IMG/VR virus record: IMGVR_UViG_3300002895_000002
Location: 1-64,000 of that record
DNA: 64,000 bases
Reading direction: 5' to 3' (one strand)
From: a virus
Lineage: Duplodnaviria > Caudoviricetes
The notes below the pieces were generated by a model. The model was not told where the DNA came from. It did not search any database and worked only from the letters and a program-made list of their open reading frames with translations. Numbering within the stretch: position 1 is the stretch's first letter; every line of letters starts with the position of its first letter. This document shows, piece by piece, positions 58,681 through 64,000 of the stretch. The position numbers and the translations under genes were made by a program.

Positions 58681-58923
58681 ATGATGGCTAACCCACCAAA
58701 TTCAGCGAATGGAATAGGAATGTCGTACAATTACAACGAGGGAACATACCACTTCCGGGAAAGTAATATCGACGTGAGTTATATCCCGAAAGAGAAGCTT
58801 GACCCAGCTTTCGTGAATACTGTGGATGCTCTGACAACGGTCATTCGTCATCAACAATCCGAGATTGAGCGGTTGACGAAGATGGTGAACGAGCTCTATT
58901 TTCCAATGAGGAGCCGCGAATGA
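58681..58923 (+). CDS. Hypothetical protein
   Basis: ORF with RBS. Confidence 0.5.
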   Translation: MMANPPNSANGIGMSYNYNEGTYHFRESNIDVSYIPKEKLDPAFVNTVDALTTVIRHQQSEIERLTKMVNELYFPMRSRE

Positions 58924-59171
58924 GTGAGATAAAGATGCCGGAACTTATCACTCCAACACCACAAACCGACCGCCATACAAAAGGGTTTGACCGTCATGCC
59001 CCCAGACAGATTGGATTTTCAGAGAGAACCCCTCTGAGAAACGGGCCGACCCTTGCTGATTGGGAGGCTGCGGTCCTTACCGGTCAGGTTGGGGATAAGA
59101 CCATGACTGACGAGCTGATCAAAAAGCTCCAGGAAGAAGAAAAACCACAGATGCTGACAGAAAAGATTTGA
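58920..59171 (+). CDS. Hypothetical protein
   Basis: ATGA-coupled ORF. Confidence 0.5.
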   Translation: MSEIKMPELITPTPQTDRHTKGFDRHAPRQIGFSERTPLRNGPTLADWEAAVLTGQVGDKTMTDELIKKLQEEEKPQMLTEKI

Positions 59172-59227
59172 CACCCAACCCCCTTCATGTTATTATTGAA
59201 TTACAATAAAGACATGAAGGGGTTACA

Positions 59228-59817
59228 ATGAACACCACTGCATTTGATGAATTCTTTCAAGTAACCAGCAAATATGAGGCGGTCATTCACGTTCGTTTGT
59301 TTAGAATGATCGAAGCATACATCACCAACCACACCGATGAGCTCGGACGGGTGTCCTTTCCAAGCGATCCCTGGTCACGTGTTCCCTACAACTTCACTAT
59401 GACATCATCACCAGACATGCGGTGGTTAAAAACAAACTTGCCAACCGGGACTTCACCGTTGAGAGCGGCCGGCGGTACTTCACTCTGCTGGATGATTGGC
59501 GGACCCCTGTCATGGTTCGGATCCTTAAAGAGGCTGAAGCAATTGTTGCTGGGTGGCAAATGAAGATGAAAGACAAGCTGGAACTCATCTTCAAACACCG
59601 TGACGACCCGGAAGGATTTGAAGCAGTCGGAACCCACGATCAGGGAATGTTCAGGGTACACTTCAAAAACGGTGACTCCTTTACCGTTCAGAATAAGATG
59701 ATCATCAACGTCAGCAAGAACGGTAAACTGTTCAATCAGTGGCCCTGTACTTTTGGAAACATCAAAAAAGGTGGGGGAGTTGTACAAGAAACAATCCGAG
59801 AAATGGATGAAGTCTGA
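59228..59817 (+). CDS. Hypothetical early protein, apparent frameshift in the A5 run at about 59426
   Basis: Adding one A joins RWLK to NKLANRDF. Confidence 0.5.
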
Positions 59818-60027
59818 ATTCTAAGGAGCTATTTTGAGAGACTACAGGGATCAAGGCATCAAGGGATTAGCACCTGACCAACTCAGGTATCTCTTCGAGG
59901 AGGAGATTTACCCTGCCGCAAAAGGCATGCCGTTCAGGGAAGCCGATAACAAGTATGAAGAACGCATTTTGAATTTTGGCTATCAGTGCTTCATCCGTGG
60001 TGTCAAGCTCGGAAAGGAGCGGTTCAG

Positions 60028-60369
60028 ATGAGCAAGAAAACCTATCAGATACCCTTTGACTTTGAAGGGAACCAACTGGCTTATCCTGATTCCAGATACA
60101 ACCCAAACACGCGGACCTGGGATACTATCTGGAAAGACAACTACTTCTTTGAAGCTACACTTACCTATGATGGGTTCAGCCGCGGTCGCTCTGCTGCTGG
60201 TTTCGATCTGAAGGATGAGGAAGGACATCTCTACTACCTGATGATGTCCGAGATGGACCGTATCATGGCTCTTGGTGGCTGGGATGGCAATAAGATCACT
60301 GGGAAATGGACCTTCGTCAAGAAAGGTCAGAACTACGGGATCACGCTGATAGAGAGGGCCGAGAGATGA
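60028..60369 (+). CDS. Hypothetical protein
   Basis: AAAGGAG RBS before MSKKTY. Confidence 0.6.
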   Translation: MSKKTYQIPFDFEGNQLAYPDSRYNPNTRTWDTIWKDNYFFEATLTYDGFSRGRSAAGFDLKDEEGHLYYLMMSEMDRIMALGGWDGNKITGKWTFVKKGQNYGITLIERAER

Positions 60370-60642
60370 TCGAAGGAGCCGCTCTTCTTGGAAAGCTCGT
60401 CCTCACACTGGTGCTCTACCTGAACGTGGCATATCTCATGGCAGAGCTCATCAAGAAAAATCGGGGTGACTGATGAAAGTCATGATAGCTGGTGGATCCG
60501 TGCATAGAGCCGAGATCGTAAGGAGAATTATGGACACGATGGAGAAGGACGGGATTACATCTACGCCGGGGTGCTTGAACTGGCGGTGCTGGGTGAACGC
60601 ATCACAAGTGACACCATGGAACAGTACGATCTCTAGGAGGCA

Positions 60643-61299
60643 TCATTGATAATGAAGATGCATGGCTAAGATAATTATAAGTTCCTTTCTTTCTCGTGCT
60701 AATCTTTTATGTGTAGCTGACATTTTATTTTTAGTTTCTTCTGAAATTATCTGTTTTGCCCGGGCTTCCTTGATTTTATTTTTAGATTCATCTGAATGTT
60801 GTTTTCCAAAGAACGAATTTTTATTTCCTTTGTGGGAATCGCTTTGTTGTTTGATGTAGTCCTCGGAATAGGCATACCCATTTGCAAATTTAGAATGCCT
60901 GGTTTTTGATATTTTTTGTTTAGTGCTTTCGGATTGAATGTAACCCATTTTAGCATCAGATATTTTTTGTTTATGTTCGTCTGAATGTGAATAATTTATT
61001 CGTAAAAGTAAATAATCTTTTGACCCATATCTCTTACAATTTGTCATTCTTAGAATTGCTTTAGCCATTTTTGGGCCTTTGACTTTATGGCCACGCCAGA
61101 TACGAGCAAGAAGCAGATGGGCAATGAAGTGTTCCCTGATGGGTAGATTGACTCTGTTCCATGAACCATGTATATCTTCTATTCCATCAAGCTTTGCAAA
61201 CGACTTTGGAATAATGTGATGACTTTCGGTTTGTTTTTTGATCTTGGAAGTGTTTCAGTTGTGTTCAATAAGACGGTCGTAAATGGACTGGTAATTCAT
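60643..61299 (-). pseudogene. HNH homing endonuclease, family copy 5, with in-frame TGA at codon 15 (61255-61257)
   Basis: MNYQSIYDRLIEHN*NTSKIKKQTESHHIIPK...HFIAHLLLARIWRGHKVKGPKMAK in a single frame. Confidence 0.85.
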
Positions 61300-61310
61300 G
61301 ACAGTTCCCC

Positions 61311-61402
61311 TATAAATAGATGTGACGAGGACAGCAGGGAAGTTCCCCTCTCTGTTGGTCGTGTACGCCCATACCGACCTTACTCGTTCTATTCTATTTA
61401 TA
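61311..61402 (+). ncRNA. HEG-associated three-way-junction element, copy E7
   Basis: P1 GACGAG/CUCGUU, GA, P2 CAGCAGGGA/UCUCUGUUG with loop AGUUCCCC, P3 GUCG/CGAC, CUUA; opposed TATAAATA boxes. Confidence 0.8.
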
Positions 61403-61470
61403 ATTTCTTTTCAAATAGTTGACTTTTTATATCAATGTTGTATAATTTAACTTATTTGTAAGGAGAAAAT

Positions 61471-61875
61471 ATGACAATTTATTATCTCGGTGGACCGATC
61501 CGCAGGCACGGCAGCTTCGAGCAGTATGACAAGCGGTGGCGTGACATTTTCATCAAGACTGTCCAGGATCGCGGCTTGGATGTCGCCTTTGAGAACCCGA
61601 TGGAGTTCTTCAGTCAGCGCAATGATCCGATGGTGATCGGTATGCGGGATCGGATGCTTATGGACAGATGCAATGCCGGTCTGTTCAATCTCTTCCCATT
61701 CACCAAGGACAAGTACCCATGCATCGGTGCTCTCTGGGAGATGGGCTACATGGCTGCCCAAGGCAAACCGGTCTTTGTCATGGCAGCTCCTGATAGCCCG
61801 TTCAGAACTCATCCCATGACGTGCTATTCAGGATTCTTCAACAGTCTCCAGGATGCACTGGACGAGCTATTTTAG
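61471..61875 (+). CDS. Nucleoside 2-deoxyribosyltransferase / nucleotide N-hydrolase family protein
   Basis: YYLGGPI, DRMLMDRCNA, GALWEMGYMAAQGKPV. Confidence 0.8.
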   Translation: MTIYYLGGPIRRHGSFEQYDKRWRDIFIKTVQDRGLDVAFENPMEFFSQRNDPMVIGMRDRMLMDRCNAGLFNLFPFTKDKYPCIGALWEMGYMAAQGKPVFVMAAPDSPFRTHPMTCYSGFFNSLQDALDELF

Positions 61876-61965
61876 GAGATAATCATAGGTACTCCCAGGA
61901 TAAAATTTGACATCCAAACCTAAATAAGGTATACTGTAAGTATCAAATGAACGAAAGGATTTCTG

Positions 61966-62802
61966 ATGTCAAGTGCAATAGTCATTCGTAATTTTACCTG
62001 CCTCGACCATGCATACGTCGACGCTGCTGGGATGGTTTGTGGTGGGTCATACAACGTCTCTGTCACTCTTCGGGGTGAGGTAGTGGGTAATGAAGCGGTA
62101 GTGATTGATTTCTCGAAGGCCAAAAAGGCCTGCAAAGAAGCAATCGACGACAACCGGACTGGGTATGATCATAAGCTCATTCTTTATCCGTGGTCGAAGG
62201 TTGAGGTAACACCGCTTCGACATGGTCTAACCCTTATATCACCGTTCCTTGAGATATGCTGTCCCGAAGATGCTGTCAATGTTGTTACCATTTCTCTCGA
62301 GGCTGAGCTGGAACGACTGATTGACAATAAACTGAAGAATCTGTTTCCTGAAGCCCAGGTGTCATCCGATGTTTCTCTTTCCACCCATCCATTCAGTGAT
62401 GGTGAATATTCCATGTTCTCATACGTGCATGGTCTAAAGCACTCCAGCTCCTACGGTTGCCAGAATATGAATCACGGACATCTCAGTTTTATCGAGGTGG
62501 AGGGCCCAACGGCTCGGCTCGTCGCAGATCAGATTGCTGGATACCTGAATGGGACCGTCTTCATTAACAAGGAAAACATAGTCTTTGAGGATGATGAATG
62601 GATCTCAATAGGCTACCAGTGTAACCGGGGATACTTTCGGTCTAAATACAGCAAGGAACACAAGATTGTCATTCTCAATTCTGAGACGACTGCCGAGAAC
62701 CTCGTTGAGTACGTTCAACTCATGTTCCCTCAGTACATGACATCTCGATACAAGATCATCATTTCAGAAGGCCTTCAGAAAGGGGCGATCGTCAATGAAT
62801 AG
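61966..62802 (+). CDS. queD: QueD-like 6-carboxytetrahydropterin synthase (duplicated T-fold)
   Basis: IDFSKAK...YDHKLI, CQNMNHGH, TTAENL; adjacent to queE. Confidence 0.75.
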   Translation: MSSAIVIRNFTCLDHAYVDAAGMVCGGSYNVSVTLRGEVVGNEAVVIDFSKAKKACKEAIDDNRTGYDHKLILYPWSKVEVTPLRHGLTLISPFLEICCPEDAVNVVTISLEAELERLIDNKLKNLFPEAQVSSDVSLSTHPFSDGEYSMFSYVHGLKHSSSYGCQNMNHGHLSFIEVEGPTARLVADQIAGYLNGTVFINKENIVFEDDEWISIGYQCNRGYFRSKYSKEHKIVILNSETTAENLVEYVQLMFPQYMTSRYKIIISEGLQKGAIVNE

Positions 62803-63616
62803 GCTTCCCATCGTTGAAAAATTCGGTCCGGCCATCCAGGGTGAGGGGTTACTTGCAGGAACACCGTCACTCTTCATTCGGGTCTTTGGTTGCAACCTTC
62901 GTTGTCAGTTTGGGTGCTCCTCTGACGAATACGCAGCGTTCCGAAAGCAACTTGCTGAGGATACCGCTGGGATCACCAATCTCGATGATTTCCCGGTTGT
63001 GTCGACGGGGTGTGATACCCCTTACTCCATCTTCCCTGAGTATCGCCGGTTCACAAAGACGGAAAGCCCCCTGGACCTTGAGCGGTGGGTTGTTGAACGG
63101 CTCACTCGGGACATGCATTTGGTTATCACTGGTGGTGAACCACTGCTCCCGGGTTATCAGGAAGCATGGGAAGAGCTTCTTGAGAATCTCAAAATACAAG
63201 GATATGATCTCGGAAAGGTCACGTTCGAGACCAACGGAACTCAGCCACTAACTGGGTGGTTCTCCAGGTTCCTTTGGCGTAACGATGATGTCAATTTTTC
63301 TATCAGCCCAAAGCTCTCATGCTCCGGGATGGCTCCTGAAAAAGCACTGGTCCCTGATGCTATTCAGTCATATGAAGACGCCGGCGTCAATATGTGGTTC
63401 AAATTTGTCGTTGCATCAGACAAGGACGCAGAGGAGGCTCTGGAAGCGGTTAAGAGCTTTGGCTTGTGCTGTGATTACCCGATCTACTTTATGCCGATGG
63501 GTGGCACGAAAGATACGCTCTCTGAAAGAGCAACATACGAGCTGGCTCTCAAGTATGGCGTCCGGTATAGCCCGAGACTACAGGTATCTATCCTTGATAA
63601 TGGGATTGGTGTTTAG
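62795..63616 (+). CDS. queE: 7-carboxy-7-deazaguanine synthase (radical SAM)
   Basis: IQGEG, GCNLRC...CDT, VITGGEP, FETNG, ISPKL. Confidence 0.92.
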   Translation: MNRLPIVEKFGPAIQGEGLLAGTPSLFIRVFGCNLRCQFGCSSDEYAAFRKQLAEDTAGITNLDDFPVVSTGCDTPYSIFPEYRRFTKTESPLDLERWVVERLTRDMHLVITGGEPLLPGYQEAWEELLENLKIQGYDLGKVTFETNGTQPLTGWFSRFLWRNDDVNFSISPKLSCSGMAPEKALVPDAIQSYEDAGVNMWFKFVVASDKDAEEALEAVKSFGLCCDYPIYFMPMGGTKDTLSERATYELALKYGVRYSPRLQVSILDNGIGV

Positions 63617-64000
63617 GTTTGCTACATCCGGGAATTCGACCCCGGACCCAACCCATTTCTAAATAATGTTGAGCTTGCTCTGGAGAAACCAGGAAATGCT
63701 GAGAATGGTTAGTCACCCATACCTTACCTTTGGTGTTACTGACCATCCCTTTCATTGTTTGTTTTCTTTTTTCGTTTGATTCGGGTGTTGGTGGCTGTCC
63801 TTTGGGGTGAGAATAGAATTTTTCTTTCGTGTGAGCAGGCCACCCCATCTGGTATCCCATTTCAAGATACCGAGGAACCTCTTCGGGTGGTACTCGAAAA
63901 CACCCAGAACTGTTATGAACAACCTTTCTTCCCGTAAACTTTTTAGATCGATTGATATAACCAGCCTTGCAATTTTCAGTTCCGTGAGGAGGAGTATCCC
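63588..64000 (-). CDS. 3' part of a homing endonuclease-like gene (5' end outside window)
   Basis: Frame is open to the window edge; two repeats of V.....F.V.PE....YLEMG...G plus a NUMOD3-like segment; overlaps the queE 3' end in antisense. Confidence 0.65.
   Translation of the reverse strand, partial: DTPPHGTENCKAGYINRSKKFTGRKVVHNSSGCFRVPPEEVPRYLEMGYQMGWPAHTKEKFYSHPKGQPPTPESNEKRKQTMKGMVSNTKGKVWVTNHSQHFLVSPEQAQHYLEMGWVRGRIPGCSKPKHQSHYQG

Noticed and set aside
1-64000. CRISPR array
   Set aside because: No regularly spaced direct repeats; the repeated elements are dispersed and tied to HEGs.
1-64000. Genome-wide stop codon reassignment
   Set aside because: TAA, TAG and TGA all end well-conserved genes, and long core ORFs are intact in the standard code.

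Overview
This 64 kb window is part of a large T4-like (myovirus-type) phage genome. Core genes are on the + strand: split topoisomerase II (gp39/gp60/gp52), clamp gp45, clamp loader gp44/gp62, split B-family DNA polymerase, NAD-dependent ligase, RNA ligase, a gp23/24-family capsid protein and a CHAP-endolysin lysis cassette. It also has about 19 tRNA genes in clusters, nucleotide and auxiliary genes (ferritin, HPRT, dUTPase, two dNMP kinases, nucleoside deoxyribosyltransferase, QueD, QueE), many sigma70-type promoters and T4-late-like NATAAATA promoters. About 13 free-standing homing endonuclease genes (HEGs) are present, mostly on the - strand. Two things stand out. (1) A ~85-nt three-way-junction element occurs seven times, each directly upstream of a reverse-strand HEG from two unrelated families. 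It is flanked by opposed late promoters, and its hairpin loop co-varies with the ribosome-binding site of its own HEG, which suggests a cognate antisense-RNA control module. (2) The topoisomerase gp60-like gene has the hallmarks of a T4 gene 60 type ribosomal bypass, here with a 45-nt in-frame gap and GGU take-off / GGC landing codons. Also seen: an Hfq/Sm-like gene, a family of proteins with T4 capsid-targeting-like N-termini, large structured intergenic RNAs in the tRNA cluster, and atypical tRNAs. Caveats: all calls come from reading motifs by eye, with no database searches. Many single-base homopolymer frameshifts suggest sequencing or assembly indel errors. The host cannot be identified from this window.
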